Source: a candidate division WOR-3 bacterium
GTDB taxonomy: Bacteria > Hydrothermota > Tepidihabitantia > Tepidihabitantales > Tepidihabitantaceae
Assembly (NCBI GenBank): GCA_026418295.1
Contig: JAOABP010000002.1
Span: 162,367 to 226,366, forward strand
Reading direction: 5' to 3'
Length of the DNA stretch: 64,000 bases
Shown here in pieces: positions 28,784-39,374 of this stretch (its first letter is position 1; every line of letters starts with the position of its first letter). The translations under genes were made by a program, and so were the position numbers. The notes under the pieces were generated by a model, which searched no databases, had not been told where the DNA came from, and was given only the letters and a program-made list of their open reading frames with translations.

Positions 28784-29904
28784 TATTGGAGCCAATCCTT
28801 AGGATTCAGGGGTTGTCCATCTTTTCGGATTTCAAAGTGTAAATAATCGTTGACTGTACCAATTACTGTTCCAGCGGTGACCGTAGCGTTTACAACGGTA
28901 TTTATAGAAGTAAGATTTCCGTAAAGGGAAAAGTAACCAGTACCATGATCAACAATCACCAAATTACCATATCCGATAAATCGGTCTGCATATGCTACTT
29001 TACCAGTTGCAATTACCTCGACGGGGGATGGGCGATCTACTTTGATATCTATCCCCAAGTTATTTATTTTTGTCCGATAGCGAGGATGAATTTGAACACC
29101 AAAGGATGCGACTACATCTCCAGCTACTGGCCAAGGCAATTTTCCCCGTTTCATTTCAAGATTCTCAGATGATGTTTCCGTAATACGTACTTGGAGCTGA
29201 CTAATCAAATTGCGTAATTGTTTGGCAGCGGACGCCAATTCAGTTTGAAGTGCTTCCCGAGCAGATTTTTCCCGGCGAATTTGGAGCAGAATTAACATCT
29301 CTTGTTCTCGGTCTTTAAGGAGTTCCTGTTTTTTTAGCTCAACTTCGTTTTTTAATCGTTCCTGAGTGGCCAGAGCTTCTTGGATTGCCGATTCCTTTCC
29401 TCTTATTTCTGCATTCAGCTTTCTTGTTTCTTCAATCAATTGCTGATCAGCACGGCTTATTACACGTAAATTTATCAATTTACGATAATACTCCGGCAAA
29501 TTTTTACTCGTAAGCAAAGATTGCAATCGATAGAGTTTCGAGTACTTATAAATGACCACCAACCTTCGCTTCAGGCGATTCTCAAGTTTGTCCTGTTGCT
29601 CCATAAGGCAAATGAGTTCAGCATTTAATTTACTGATTTCTCGGTTGTAACTATTGACACGATACTCAATTTGTTTTAAAAGATTCTCCGTGAGGGCAAT
29701 TTTTTCTTGGAGCAATTCAAGCCGTTGTAACGTTTGGTGTTCGCGCATACCGATTTCACTCAGGATTTGCTCAATTTCCTTGAGTTTTTGTTGGGTCGAA
29801 TCTAATTGTTGTTGGATCAAATCAAGCGAGTCTATTAATACTGGAGGCTGAGATAGAAGCATGGTATAGGACAGAACAACAAACAGAAGCGTTTTGTGGG
29901 TCAT
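28783..29904 (-). CDS. envC: EnvC-like coiled-coil/M23 murein hydrolase activator
   Basis: Long coiled coil, then LPWPVAG...GIDI...YGNL...LHFEIR with degenerate Zn ligands; follows ftsX. Confidence 0.8.
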   Translation of the reverse strand: MTHKTLLFVVLSYTMLLSQPPVLIDSLDLIQQQLDSTQQKLKEIEQILSEIGMREHQTLQRLELLQEKIALTENLLKQIEYRVNSYNREISKLNAELICLMEQQDKLENRLKRRLVVIYKYSKLYRLQSLLTSKNLPEYYRKLINLRVISRADQQLIEETRKLNAEIRGKESAIQEALATQERLKNEVELKKQELLKDREQEMLILLQIRREKSAREALQTELASAAKQLRNLISQLQVRITETSSENLEMKRGKLPWPVAGDVVASFGVQIHPRYRTKINNLGIDIKVDRPSPVEVIATGKVAYADRFIGYGNLVIVDHGTGYFSLYGNLTSINTVVNATVTAGTVIGTVNDYLHFEIRKDGQPLNPKDWLQ

Positions 29905-30788
29905 CTGTTGCGTATTTGTGGTCTCTCAGAAAGCGAGGAGGGGAGGCGATTAAGTGCCAGAATCGATCCCCCTATTCCTAGAATTATGCCGATAATTAAC
30001 ATTGCTAACAAAAGTAGTAACGCCGGGCAGTAGGGTGCGGGTAGCACCATAACAATTAATCGATAAACCACGAAGATTAGAAGCAAAGCGATTAAAACTC
30101 CTCCAAGTCCCTGAAGAGCGCCTTGGAGTATGAAGGGAAAGTGAATGGCAAAACGCGAAGCACCCACAAGCTCCATAATTTCAATTTCTTGTGAACGTCG
30201 GATGATTGAGTTTTCAACAGTTTGAAAGGCAATGAAGATAATGGAGACGACAACGATTGCTAAAATTACAATGTCCAATAAAAGTACTGTTCTAGCAACT
30301 TGGCTAAGTTGCCTTAAAAGTTCTTTTCCAGACCATACCTCAGTTATGCCTGGCAAACGCATCAGCTTCTCTTCGATAAGGGTAAGGTCTCTGGGGTTCG
30401 CATATTCAGGGTCCAGAGTAATACGAAGTGATGCGGGGATAGGGTCTTCTCCTAATGCGTTAACCAATAAGCTATCATTTCCCAGATCAGCCTGCAGTTC
30501 TTGTAATGCTTCTGATTTTGAAATAAATCTTACCGTTGCAATCCCGGCAATGGTAGTGATGCGTTGCAGAAGAAGCGATGGATCATTGGTAACTTCATCA
30601 TTTAAAAATACATAAATCTCAGTTTGGTTTGTCATCGACCGGGTTAATTTAACTACATTAACTGTTATAACGATAAAAATTCCCAATATGAGCAAACAGA
30701 TTGATATTACTGCGCTCGAGAGCAAAAATTGGTTAATATTACGTGTGAGTGTCCGGTATGTTTCCTTAATAAGATAGGAGAGACTCAT
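29901..30788 (-). CDS. ftsX: Cell division permease FtsX
   Basis: 4-TM layout, FISKSEAL, EIEIMELVGA, PFILQG. Confidence 0.9.
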   Translation of the reverse strand: MSLSYLIKETYRTLTRNINQFLLSSAVISICLLILGIFIVITVNVVKLTRSMTNQTEIYVFLNDEVTNDPSLLLQRITTIAGIATVRFISKSEALQELQADLGNDSLLVNALGEDPIPASLRITLDPEYANPRDLTLIEEKLMRLPGITEVWSGKELLRQLSQVARTVLLLDIVILAIVVVSIIFIAFQTVENSIIRRSQEIEIMELVGASRFAIHFPFILQGALQGLGGVLIALLLIFVVYRLIVMVLPAPYCPALLLLLAMLIIGIILGIGGSILALNRLPSSLSERPQIRNR

Positions 30789-30794
30789 GTATTT

Positions 30795-31493
30795 TCACCC
30801 CTCATCACGTATGATTCTGCCGGCATCAAGAGTGATTCTTCGGCGGCGACTGCGTTCCGCAAGATCAGCATCGTGAGTCGCCATTATTACAGTTGTTCCA
30901 TGGTAATTAATATCTTTAAGTATATTTAGAATATCATCTGATGCTTTAGGGTCAATGTTGCCTGTGGGTTCGTCTGCCAAAATTAGATCTGGTGATTTTA
31001 CAAGGGCACGAGCAATAGAAACTTTCTGCTGCTCCCCTCCAGAAAGTTCGTGGGGGAACGAGTTCCTTTTATGCGCGATACCCAGCTGATTCAGGGTTTC
31101 TTGGATTTTAGCCGGTATGATATCCCGCTGAGTATTAATTGCTTGCAGGACAAACTCCAAATTTTCATAAACGGTACGGTCCCATAGCAGTTTGAAATCT
31201 TGGAATATGATTCCAATTCGTCGGCGCAACAGTGAAATTTGATGAGACCGCATCGATAACAGGTCATAACCTAGCACTTTAATCAATCCTGCATCAGGGA
31301 GTTCATGTCGGTAAAGTAGTCGTAACAAAGTTGTTTTTCCTGCACCTGTAGCACCGAGAAGAAATAAGAAATCTCCAGGATAAACAGTCAAATTGATGTC
31401 AGTCAGAGCAGGCCAATCACCTTGATAATATTTGAACACCCCCGTTAACTCAACAACCGGTTCCAAACTGGGACTGTGGAGATTAGCTGACAT
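30795..31493 (-). CDS. ftsE: Cell division ATP-binding protein FtsE
   Basis: [34 protein letters not shown]. Confidence 0.92.
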   Translation of the reverse strand: MSANLHSPSLEPVVELTGVFKYYQGDWPALTDINLTVYPGDFLFLLGATGAGKTTLLRLLYRHELPDAGLIKVLGYDLLSMRSHQISLLRRRIGIIFQDFKLLWDRTVYENLEFVLQAINTQRDIIPAKIQETLNQLGIAHKRNSFPHELSGGEQQKVSIARALVKSPDLILADEPTGNIDPKASDDILNILKDINYHGTTVIMATHDADLAERSRRRRITLDAGRIIRDEG

Positions 31494-32145
31494 AATACTT
31501 CAGGAGGTTCCAGATGGCAATGAACCCGTCTTTCCAGCTTATTTTCTTGCCCTTTGTTCTAGGTGTGTAATTTATTGGAACTTCCAACAAACGAGCGCGC
31601 AGTCTCAGAAGCTTGCAGGTAATTTCCGGTTCAATTTCAAACCCGTTTGCAGTCAATTTCAATTTTCCCATGGTTTTTTTACTGATGACTTTATAACCAG
31701 TTTCCATGTCAGTGATTTTCCCCCCAAATAATGCATTTGTAAGGAACGTCAAAAAGATATTAGCCATTAAGCTAATAATAAGAAAATGATTTCTCTTTTT
31801 AAAGCGAGACCCGAACACTGCATCAACTTTGTGGTTATGAAATGGTTTTATCAGAAGAGCATAGTCGGCAGGATCATACTCCAAGTCGGCATCCTGAATA
31901 AGGATTATATCACCAGATGTATGGGTGATACCAGTACGAATAGCCGCACCTTTACCGAGGTTTTTTGTATGTCTAACAAGTGTTATATCCGGAATTGTGT
32001 TTAGAAGTTCGGGCGTTCTGTCTTGAGAACAGTCATCTACAACAATAATTTCCTTATTATTGACCGGTGCTGCCTTAACCCGTTCGATTAATTCAACAAT
32101 TGTATCTTCTTCGTTAAATACGGGAATTATCACAGATAATCTCAT
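31483..32145 (-). CDS. GT2 glycosyltransferase (polyprenol-phosphate glycosyltransferase, DPM1/ArnC-like)
   Basis: IPVFNEE, VDDCS.D, GKGAA, QDADLEYDP, DMETGYK, GKKISWKDG. Confidence 0.88.
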   Translation of the reverse strand: MRLSVIIPVFNEEDTIVELIERVKAAPVNNKEIIVVDDCSQDRTPELLNTIPDITLVRHTKNLGKGAAIRTGITHTSGDIILIQDADLEYDPADYALLIKPFHNHKVDAVFGSRFKKRNHFLIISLMANIFLTFLTNALFGGKITDMETGYKVISKKTMGKLKLTANGFEIEPEITCKLLRLRARLLEVPINYTPRTKGKKISWKDGFIAIWNLLKYYVS

Positions 32146-33004
32146 GATTGTTTATTTTCATTAAATTATCGATAATTTCAAGACATTCCACCACCTGTTT
32201 GCCAAGTTCGCCATTGTTCACTGGTTTTAGGCGTTTTACACAACTATCGATAAAATTTTGACACATCTGGGTTAGCGGTAATTCCGTCGCTGGAATATCA
32301 TTACCAATAGGTTCATAGTACTCGTGAACTTCATTTTTGGTAAAAAGTCTAATGACTCTTTGAAAAGGTGGATGTGTCCATTGAGCTTCCCCCGCGAAAG
32401 TTAAACCATTTGCAAATTTAAGTTCGTATCGACACCGCTTTGGAGTGTTTTCTGAGCATGAAAAATACTGAGGCTTTCCTAGTAACGATACTGCAATTGC
32501 AATATCATGCGCAGCTAGATCCCATAGGGGAGTGCTGATGTTTTCTCTTCCCCTTGAGGTTCGAACCGCTTCGATTCGGATCACATTAATCAACTGATTT
32601 GATTTGAGGTATGAGCTTAACCTTTGATAACTCTTTGTAAAAAGAGGGGTGTGAGCGACCGCAAGCACAAGTCTTCTGTTTTGAGCAATTTCAACCAACT
32701 CATGGGCTTCAGAACTTTTCAAGGTCATTGGTTTTTCAACCAACACATCCTTGTCATGAATCAGGGCGTCACGCGCGAGCGCATAATGGGTTTGATCGGG
32801 AGTTGTGATTATTACAGCTTTAATATCTTTACTCTCAACAATGGTACGGTATTCAAGCGTCATATAATTCCTTAAATTTTCAAATTTCTGATCGCTGATG
32901 TCACACAAATATATCGGTCCGGTGTGAAATTGTTCAAGAGTCTGCAAGTATTTTTTCCCCCACATGCCAAGTCCTATAATACCAATCGCAATATTTTTTT
33001 TCAT
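32114..33004 (-). CDS. Gfo/Idh/MocA-family oxidoreductase
   Basis: IGLGMWG, TPDQTH, VLVEKPM, WDLAAHD; ATGA overlap at 33001-33004. Confidence 0.82.
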   Translation of the reverse strand: MKKNIAIGIIGLGMWGKKYLQTLEQFHTGPIYLCDISDQKFENLRNYMTLEYRTIVESKDIKAVIITTPDQTHYALARDALIHDKDVLVEKPMTLKSSEAHELVEIAQNRRLVLAVAHTPLFTKSYQRLSSYLKSNQLINVIRIEAVRTSRGRENISTPLWDLAAHDIAIAVSLLGKPQYFSCSENTPKRCRYELKFANGLTFAGEAQWTHPPFQRVIRLFTKNEVHEYYEPIGNDIPATELPLTQMCQNFIDSCVKRLKPVNNGELGKQVVECLEIIDNLMKINNHEIICDNSRI

Positions 33005-33969
33005 CGAATCTTCAGATTTCTTTTGAACCATTTAATAGTCAGCAAAAGCCCTTTTTCCAGTTCCACTTTAGGAGTCCAGCCAATCAATTTCACAGCTCGC
33101 GTTATATCCGGATTTCTACGTTTGGGATCATCGGGAGGAGCAGGCAAAAATTTGTAGGGGCTGTCTGAGTGCGTTAATTTTTTAATCGACTGTGCCAATT
33201 GTAAAATAGTAACTTCGTGGGGGTTCCCCAAGTTAATTGGATGAGGGTCAGAACATCGGAGCAATCGATAAAGTCCAATGATCATGTCACTTACATAACA
33301 AAAGCTGCGTGTCTGCCTCCCCGTTCCCAAAATTGTAAGTGGCTGATGTGTTAATGCTTGGTAAATTAAACTGGGGATAACCCTTCCATCATCAAATTTC
33401 ATTCTGGGGCCGTAAGTGTTAAAAATTCTGGCTATTCGAACAGGTACCGTGTAAACGCGATGATAGCTCATTGTGAGTGCCTCAGCAAACCGCTTGGCTT
33501 CATCGTAGACTGACCGTGGTCCGGTAGGATTAACATTACCCCAGTAAGACTCCGGTTGAGGATTTACAAGAGGGTCTCCATAGACTTCTGATGTAGAAGC
33601 CTGTACAAAAATAGCGTTATTTGTGCGTGCTATTTCTAACAGGTTTAAAGTGCCTTGAGATCCTGCCTTGAGTGTTTCAATCGGGTAAATGTAGTAGTCT
33701 TTTGGGGATGCAGGCGAGGCCAAGTTGAAAATAATATTAGGCGTAAGTTTGTTAAGTATTCTGATTTTATTAAAATCAACTATATCAGCTTCTATGAACT
33801 CAAAATCTGAACATCGGTGTAAATGTGAAATATTATCATAGTTACCTGTTATTAGATTATCCAGACAAATGACTTTAAAGCCCTTTTTTAACATAAATTC
33901 ACACAAGTGAGAACCAAGGAAACCGGCCCCACCGGCAATAACTACCAAGCGTTTCTCCGGACGGTTCAT
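33001..33969 (-). CDS. UDP-glucuronate decarboxylase (UDP-xylose synthase-like SDR)
   Basis: GGAGFLGSHL, ASPASP, ASTSEVYGDP, YDEAKR, RIFNTYGPRM, DDP.RR.PDI. Confidence 0.9.
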   Translation of the reverse strand: MNRPEKRLVVIAGGAGFLGSHLCEFMLKKGFKVICLDNLITGNYDNISHLHRCSDFEFIEADIVDFNKIRILNKLTPNIIFNLASPASPKDYYIYPIETLKAGSQGTLNLLEIARTNNAIFVQASTSEVYGDPLVNPQPESYWGNVNPTGPRSVYDEAKRFAEALTMSYHRVYTVPVRIARIFNTYGPRMKFDDGRVIPSLIYQALTHQPLTILGTGRQTRSFCYVSDMIIGLYRLLRCSDPHPINLGNPHEVTILQLAQSIKKLTHSDSPYKFLPAPPDDPKRRNPDITRAVKLIGWTPKVELEKGLLLTIKWFKRNLKIR

Positions 33970-35255
33970 CGGCCGACCCCAATATATATAAAGCCGAGGT
34001 TTTCCATAAATTTCCTTTCGAGCATATTTCTTCCGTCAGCAATAATAGGAATGCGCATTCGCTTTTTAATTTTCTCCCAGTCAAGTTTGAGAAATGAGTC
34101 CCATTCGGTGAGAATAGCAATGAGATCGGCATTATCAGCTACCATTTCTGGTTCGGGACAAAATTCGACTTTGGGCAAAATTTTTCGAGCATTTTCCATT
34201 GCTTGGGGGTCGTAGGCACGGATTAACGCACCTTCCGAAAGTAAGGCATTAATGATATCGACCGAAGGGGCGAAGCGCATATCATCGGTATTAGGTTTGA
34301 ATGACAAGCCCAGTATACCAATGGTTTTGTCTTTTAAGTTCCAGAGAGTATTTTTGATTTTGCGGACGAATCTTGTTTTTGCATCCTCGTTAATTTTTTC
34401 TACCTCGCGGAGCAATCTAAAGTCATAGCCCAATTCGTGGGCAATTCTGATGAATGCTTTTAAATCTTTTGGAAAACAAAATCCTCCATAACCGATGCCG
34501 GCGTTAAGAAACTGGCAGCCGATTCTATGGTCCATGCCAATACCTTTAGCGACTTCAGCAATATCTGCGCCGACTGCTTCGCATATAAAGGAAATTGCGT
34601 TTATAAATGAAATTTTCATTGCGAGAAATGCATTGGATGCATGTTTTATCAATTCAGCAGAAGCGAGATCAGTGATAATTAAAGGCGCATTCAGCGGGCG
34701 ATAAATATCTTCCATCAGGTTTCGAGCGCGTTCGTTTTCTACGCCGATTACAATCCGGTCAGGATGAAGAAAGTCGTAGACGGCGCTGCCCTCCCGCAGA
34801 AATTCTGGATTACAGGCAACATCAAAGTCTACCTGATTCCGATTATAACGTTCAACTGTGGTTCTAATCCATTTAGCGGTTTGAACTGGAACAGTAGATT
34901 TTTCAACGATCAACCGGTATCCACTCATCCAACCAGCAATTTGGCGAGCCACGGCTTCAACATTGGTTAAATCCGGTTCGCCGGTTTCCAGGGGGGGAGT
35001 TCCGACGGCGATGAAACACACGATACTGTTCTCGATTGCCCTCTTAATATCAGTTGTAAATGTCAGTTTTCCACAACTGACTGTTTCTGCGATTATTTCT
35101 TTCAACCCGGGTTCATAAATTGGTAATTTACCCCGGATTAGTGTCTCGATTTTAGCTGAGTCATTATCAACACAGATTACCCTGTGTCCAATTTTGGCAA
35201 GGCAGGCGCTGGTCGTTAACCCTACATATCCCGCGCCAATTACTGAAATATCCAT
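33966..35255 (-). CDS. ugd: UDP-glucose 6-dehydrogenase
   Basis: GAGYVG, KSTVPV, NPEFLREG, GYGGFCFPKD, FKPNTDDMR. Confidence 0.92.
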   Translation of the reverse strand: MDISVIGAGYVGLTTSACLAKIGHRVICVDNDSAKIETLIRGKLPIYEPGLKEIIAETVSCGKLTFTTDIKRAIENSIVCFIAVGTPPLETGEPDLTNVEAVARQIAGWMSGYRLIVEKSTVPVQTAKWIRTTVERYNRNQVDFDVACNPEFLREGSAVYDFLHPDRIVIGVENERARNLMEDIYRPLNAPLIITDLASAELIKHASNAFLAMKISFINAISFICEAVGADIAEVAKGIGMDHRIGCQFLNAGIGYGGFCFPKDLKAFIRIAHELGYDFRLLREVEKINEDAKTRFVRKIKNTLWNLKDKTIGILGLSFKPNTDDMRFAPSVDIINALLSEGALIRAYDPQAMENARKILPKVEFCPEPEMVADNADLIAILTEWDSFLKLDWEKIKKRMRIPIIADGRNMLERKFMENLGFIYIGVGR

Positions 35256-35261
35256 AAAATT

Positions 35262-35289
35262 ATTATGGTTGACAGGTGCATAAAGTCAA
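35262..35289 (-). promoter_or_regulatory. Sigma70-type promoter for the ugd operon (TTGACT-16-CATAAT)
   Basis: Read directly from sequence; 6 nt upstream of ATG, no SD. Confidence 0.55.
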
Positions 35290-35304
35290 TACTGATATAT
35301 CTGG

Positions 35305-37893
35305 TTAAAGATGAAATTCTTCGACAAGTTTTTTCAATTCGGCAAGCAGATTAAGGGCTTGAAGGGGAGTAAGGGATTCGATCTCAAGGTGTTGAAGTCG
35401 TTCAATAACCGTTCTGATATGATTCTGATCAGCGAGCGGCGTTGTAAGCACTGAGTCATCCCGAATAAAGTCTGTTGGGTCGTTACAGTTGAAATTAATT
35501 AATAGTTGTTTTGCGCGTTCTAGTAATTTGGGAGGTAAACCCGCGAGCTTTGCTACGGCTATGCCATAACTTTTGTCAGCTGGTCCGGGATGAATTTTAC
35601 GGAGAAAGATCACCTGATCTCCCTTTTCTCGCACCAAAAAGCTATAGTTTTTCACTCGAGGTAACTGGCGAGTAATTTGAGTGAGTTCATGATAATGAGT
35701 AGCAAAAAGAGTGCGCGGACAGAAGTTATTAGATCCATGCAGATATTCAACTGTTGCCCAAGCAATTGCCAGTCCATCTTTGGTAGCAGTTCCCCGTCCT
35801 ACCTCATCGAGAATAATTAGGCTGCGTGTAGTGGCATTGTTTAGGATATTGGCGGTTTCGAGCATTTCTGCAAGAAATGTCGATACCCCGCGGGCAACAT
35901 CATCAGAAGCTCCTATGCGGGTGAAGATTTTATCGACGATACCGATTCGCGCAGAATCAGCTGGTACAAAGGACCCCATTTGTGCCATTATTACAATTAA
36001 CGCTACCTGACGCAGATAAGTTGATTTTCCAGCCATGTTGGGCCCGGTGATAATGAGAATTTGTTCATCAGCAGAGTTGAGATAAATATCATTTGGGATA
36101 AAAGGGTCTTTAAGCATTTTTTCCACGACCGGGTGTCTACCAGCTTTAATGTCAATAATACCTGATTCGTCGATTTCCGGACGGACATAATTTTCGTTAA
36201 TTGCTACCTGCGCAAGACTGGCAAGTACATCGAGTTCGGCAATTGTTCCCGATAGCTCAAGGAATTGTTCTGTGTATTGGGCGACCTTGTTGCGGAGATT
36301 AACAAACAGCTCAGACTCGATAGCTTTTATTCGTTCCTCGGCATGTAATAATTTATCCTCCAGCTCCTTCAACTCATGGGTAATAAACCGTTCTCCATTT
36401 GCTATCGTTTGTTTACGGATATAGTCCCGGGGAACATTAGCAAGATAGGATTTAGTAACTTCAATGTAATAGCCGAATACTGAATTAAAACCGACCCGAA
36501 GATTAGGAATTCCCGTACGCTGACGCTCCCGTTCCTGAATCCTCGCGATGTATTCCTTGGCATGGGAGGCGAGGCTGCGTAATTCATCGAGCTCACTGTT
36601 TACCCCCGTACGAATGACCCCGCCTTCTGTGTGAGTAACAGGGGGATCTTCAACAAGTACATTGTTAATTTCGTCTACAACAGGCGACAGATCCGGTATT
36701 TTTTTCTTCAAATCTAGAAGTCTTGATGTGTTAAACTGTTGCAACAGTTCTTTAATATCAGGAACTACCGAAAGCCATTTTTTCATTGTGGCTAATTCTC
36801 GCGGTCCGGCGCGACCAAGGGCAATACGGGAACTGATTCTTTCAATATCACCAATCTGCCGCAGTAATGTTTGAAGTTCGTTAAGCTGGAATTGAGATTT
36901 TTTAAACTCATTAATAGCGTCCAGGCGATTGTTGATATCTTTAACAGATAAAAGGGGGGAAAGAATCCAGCGGCGTAAAAGACGAGCGCCGACCGGGGTT
37001 TTTGTCTGATTAAGAACCCAGAACAGAGTTCCTTTAATGTCAGTTTTAGTGTCTGTTGAGTGCAGGGATTCGATGAGTTCTAGGTTACGCCGGGTGATTC
37101 GGTCAAGCAGTAAAAAATTATGGGTAATATAGCGTTGGATCCTTCTGAGATGGGGGAGGGCTCCGCGTTGAGTCTGTTCTAAATACTCGAGCAATGCTCC
37201 GGCTGCACAGATACCTTCATTCAAGTCTTCAATTCCATATCCCGCCAGATTTAATACACCCAAGTGGTGTGTTAGTTTTTCAAAGGCAAATTCTTCGGTA
37301 AAGTAATAATCATCAATTCGAGTAAATCTCGGTTCGGGAGTGATGTTTAATGTTGGGGTCCAAGATTGGGGAATAATGATTTCCGCCGGAGAAATCCGTT
37401 CAATTTCATCCGTTGCAGTTTCCGGGGTTACCTCCACGACGGAGAATTCACCAGTGGTGAGATCGGCAAAACTGATTCCCCATTTACTGCCGTGGGGGGA
37501 AAGTGCCATTATGTAGTTGTTCCTATTAGCATCTAATAGGGAAGTGCGGGTAATTGTACCAGGTGTTATTATTTCAACGACATCACGAGCTACAACTGGT
37601 TTTTTGGGGTCCGGTTCTTCAAGTTGTTCGCAGATTGCAACTTTCAACCCTTGTGCTACAAGTCGGGCAACATAGGTGTCGAGTGCTTTTACCGGAATAC
37701 CTGCCAATGGAACTCGGATATCGGGACCATGAGGACGAGATGTCAGAGTCAGATTAAGTACCTGAGCGCCAATTTCTGCATCTTCATAAAACATTTCATA
37801 GAAATCACCCACGCGGAAAAGTAATAATGTATTAGGATATTTCTGCTTTATACGGTGGTATTGGCGAAGCAGCGGGGTTAACTTTTCTGCCAC
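35305..37893 (-). CDS. mutS: DNA mismatch repair protein MutS
   Basis: GDFYE, TGPNMAGKSTY, DEVGRGT, ATHYHEL, SYGI.VAKLAG. Confidence 0.96.
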   Translation of the reverse strand: MAEKLTPLLRQYHRIKQKYPNTLLLFRVGDFYEMFYEDAEIGAQVLNLTLTSRPHGPDIRVPLAGIPVKALDTYVARLVAQGLKVAICEQLEEPDPKKPVVARDVVEIITPGTITRTSLLDANRNNYIMALSPHGSKWGISFADLTTGEFSVVEVTPETATDEIERISPAEIIIPQSWTPTLNITPEPRFTRIDDYYFTEEFAFEKLTHHLGVLNLAGYGIEDLNEGICAAGALLEYLEQTQRGALPHLRRIQRYITHNFLLLDRITRRNLELIESLHSTDTKTDIKGTLFWVLNQTKTPVGARLLRRWILSPLLSVKDINNRLDAINEFKKSQFQLNELQTLLRQIGDIERISSRIALGRAGPRELATMKKWLSVVPDIKELLQQFNTSRLLDLKKKIPDLSPVVDEINNVLVEDPPVTHTEGGVIRTGVNSELDELRSLASHAKEYIARIQERERQRTGIPNLRVGFNSVFGYYIEVTKSYLANVPRDYIRKQTIANGERFITHELKELEDKLLHAEERIKAIESELFVNLRNKVAQYTEQFLELSGTIAELDVLASLAQVAINENYVRPEIDESGIIDIKAGRHPVVEKMLKDPFIPNDIYLNSADEQILIITGPNMAGKSTYLRQVALIVIMAQMGSFVPADSARIGIVDKIFTRIGASDDVARGVSTFLAEMLETANILNNATTRSLIILDEVGRGTATKDGLAIAWATVEYLHGSNNFCPRTLFATHYHELTQITRQLPRVKNYSFLVREKGDQVIFLRKIHPGPADKSYGIAVAKLAGLPPKLLERAKQLLINFNCNDPTDFIRDDSVLTTPLADQNHIRTVIERLQHLEIESLTPLQALNLLAELKKLVEEFHL

Positions 37894-37915
37894 ATTATTT
37901 TCAGTTTAGAATAAT

Positions 37916-39013
37916 CTAACTGATCGTTTTCAGCCACGACTGACAATGTGTGCAGTATATTTCATGGTCTTCAAGAATTCTGCCACATTTAGTACATGAG
38001 TTAGTAGATGATATATTGATAATCTGTTCAAGATATTTCTGTGCCTGTTCAGTATTTCCTTTGCGTAAGTAAAAGGCAGCAAGAGCAGCTAAGATTTGTG
38101 TTTCACCTTTTTTGCTATAGTTTTCTAAGATATCGATGGCATTTTCGATTGCCTCTTTTTTGGCATAGATTTTAGCAATATTTAGCGCTAAGCTTGTATC
38201 GTGAGGCACTCGGTGCAGAAGTTTTCTGTACAAAGCAATAATTTCCTCATAACGTCCGGACTCATAATATGCACGTTCCAGTCTTTCTCGAACCAGGTGG
38301 TTTTTTTCAGGTGCGAAATCCAAAAGCTTGTTCCAGATGTTAATTGCCGAATTAGTATCTCCCTGTGCCAGCAACAAATCACCGAGATAGATATGCGCGG
38401 GGATTGATTTCGGGCTAAGTTTGAGCGCTTCATGAAGATAGCCCATTCCCGCTTTGGGATTTTCTTTTCCTCGGCAGAACCCAAATCGGGCGTAGAGCCG
38501 GGCAGTGCGTTCAGGGTCAGTGCGGGGTAAATTTCTTAAGAGCTTTTCAGCTTTATCCCAATCGCCAGTATCGATATAAAGATTCAAGAGTCGCTCATGA
38601 CTGTGGTAATCCGATCGATCCTGTCGTACAATTTCTTCTAAAAGCGGGATTGCCTTTACGTGTCTTCCGAGTGTCAAGTAATCATCCACTAGTGCCCGAT
38701 AAATTTTGAGTTCATCTTGCGGTTTCAGGTTTCGACGCAGCGCCAGACTTTCGTGGATGCGTAATGCTCGATTGGGATCATTCTGAACTAAAAAAATCTG
38801 TCCCAAACGAATGTAGGCATCAATGTTGTTCGTATCCTCCTCAACAGCAATTTTCAATTTGATTTTGGCATCTTCCACTTTGCCGTCCAGTAACAGCTGC
38901 AGACCTTCGACATAACTGGGTAGAGTGATCTTGCGCTGACGGATAAAATCGCGGATTACCGGATATATGGCCACAATCAGTAATGCCAAAATTACAATCA
39001 GGAGGGGGTACAT
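37916..39013 (-). CDS. lapB: LapB-like TPR protein with C-terminal rubredoxin-like CxxC pair
   Basis: N-terminal TM, RALRIH, TPR repeats, CTKCG...CTHC; adjacent to lapA. Confidence 0.75.
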   Translation of the reverse strand: MYPLLIVILALLIVAIYPVIRDFIRQRKITLPSYVEGLQLLLDGKVEDAKIKLKIAVEEDTNNIDAYIRLGQIFLVQNDPNRALRIHESLALRRNLKPQDELKIYRALVDDYLTLGRHVKAIPLLEEIVRQDRSDYHSHERLLNLYIDTGDWDKAEKLLRNLPRTDPERTARLYARFGFCRGKENPKAGMGYLHEALKLSPKSIPAHIYLGDLLLAQGDTNSAINIWNKLLDFAPEKNHLVRERLERAYYESGRYEEIIALYRKLLHRVPHDTSLALNIAKIYAKKEAIENAIDILENYSKKGETQILAALAAFYLRKGNTEQAQKYLEQIINISSTNSCTKCGRILEDHEIYCTHCQSWLKTIS

Positions 39014-39017
39014 ATTA

Positions 39018-39371
39018 CTAAGACTCCTTTTCTTCAATCTTAATAATTTTTTCCGTTTTGAGGCTCGGGCTGGAAGTAGGTATCTCATTCAGCGGGGCAT
39101 TACGTAGGATCCGAAGTTCTTCGGTAAGGGCGTCGATTTCACGGCGTTGCTGAGTGAGGCGTGTTCTCAGGCGGATTTCTGATATTACCGTAAATATCGC
39201 AACGCAAAGTGCACCAAATGCAAATGAGTAAAGCATAATTAATGCAACCGGGACATCATAAAACGTTTTGAAAAAGACTCTGATTTCATTTACAGGGTAC
39301 TGATTCTGCCAGCCGAGAACAAAGAGAATGACAAATGCTAACAGAATCAGAATAATCCGGAAAGTTACCAT
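39018..39371 (-). CDS. lapA: LapA-family membrane protein
   Basis: Two TMs with QN motif, then a coiled coil ending ..LRN.P. Confidence 0.75.
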   Translation of the reverse strand: MVTFRIILILLAFVILFVLGWQNQYPVNEIRVFFKTFYDVPVALIMLYSFAFGALCVAIFTVISEIRLRTRLTQQRREIDALTEELRILRNAPLNEIPTSSPSLKTEKIIKIEEKES

Positions 39372-39374
39372 AAA

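Noticed and set aside
39014..39088. Basic N-terminal extension of the LapB-like ORF
   Set aside because: It overlaps lapA; the TM anchor begins at ATG 39013.
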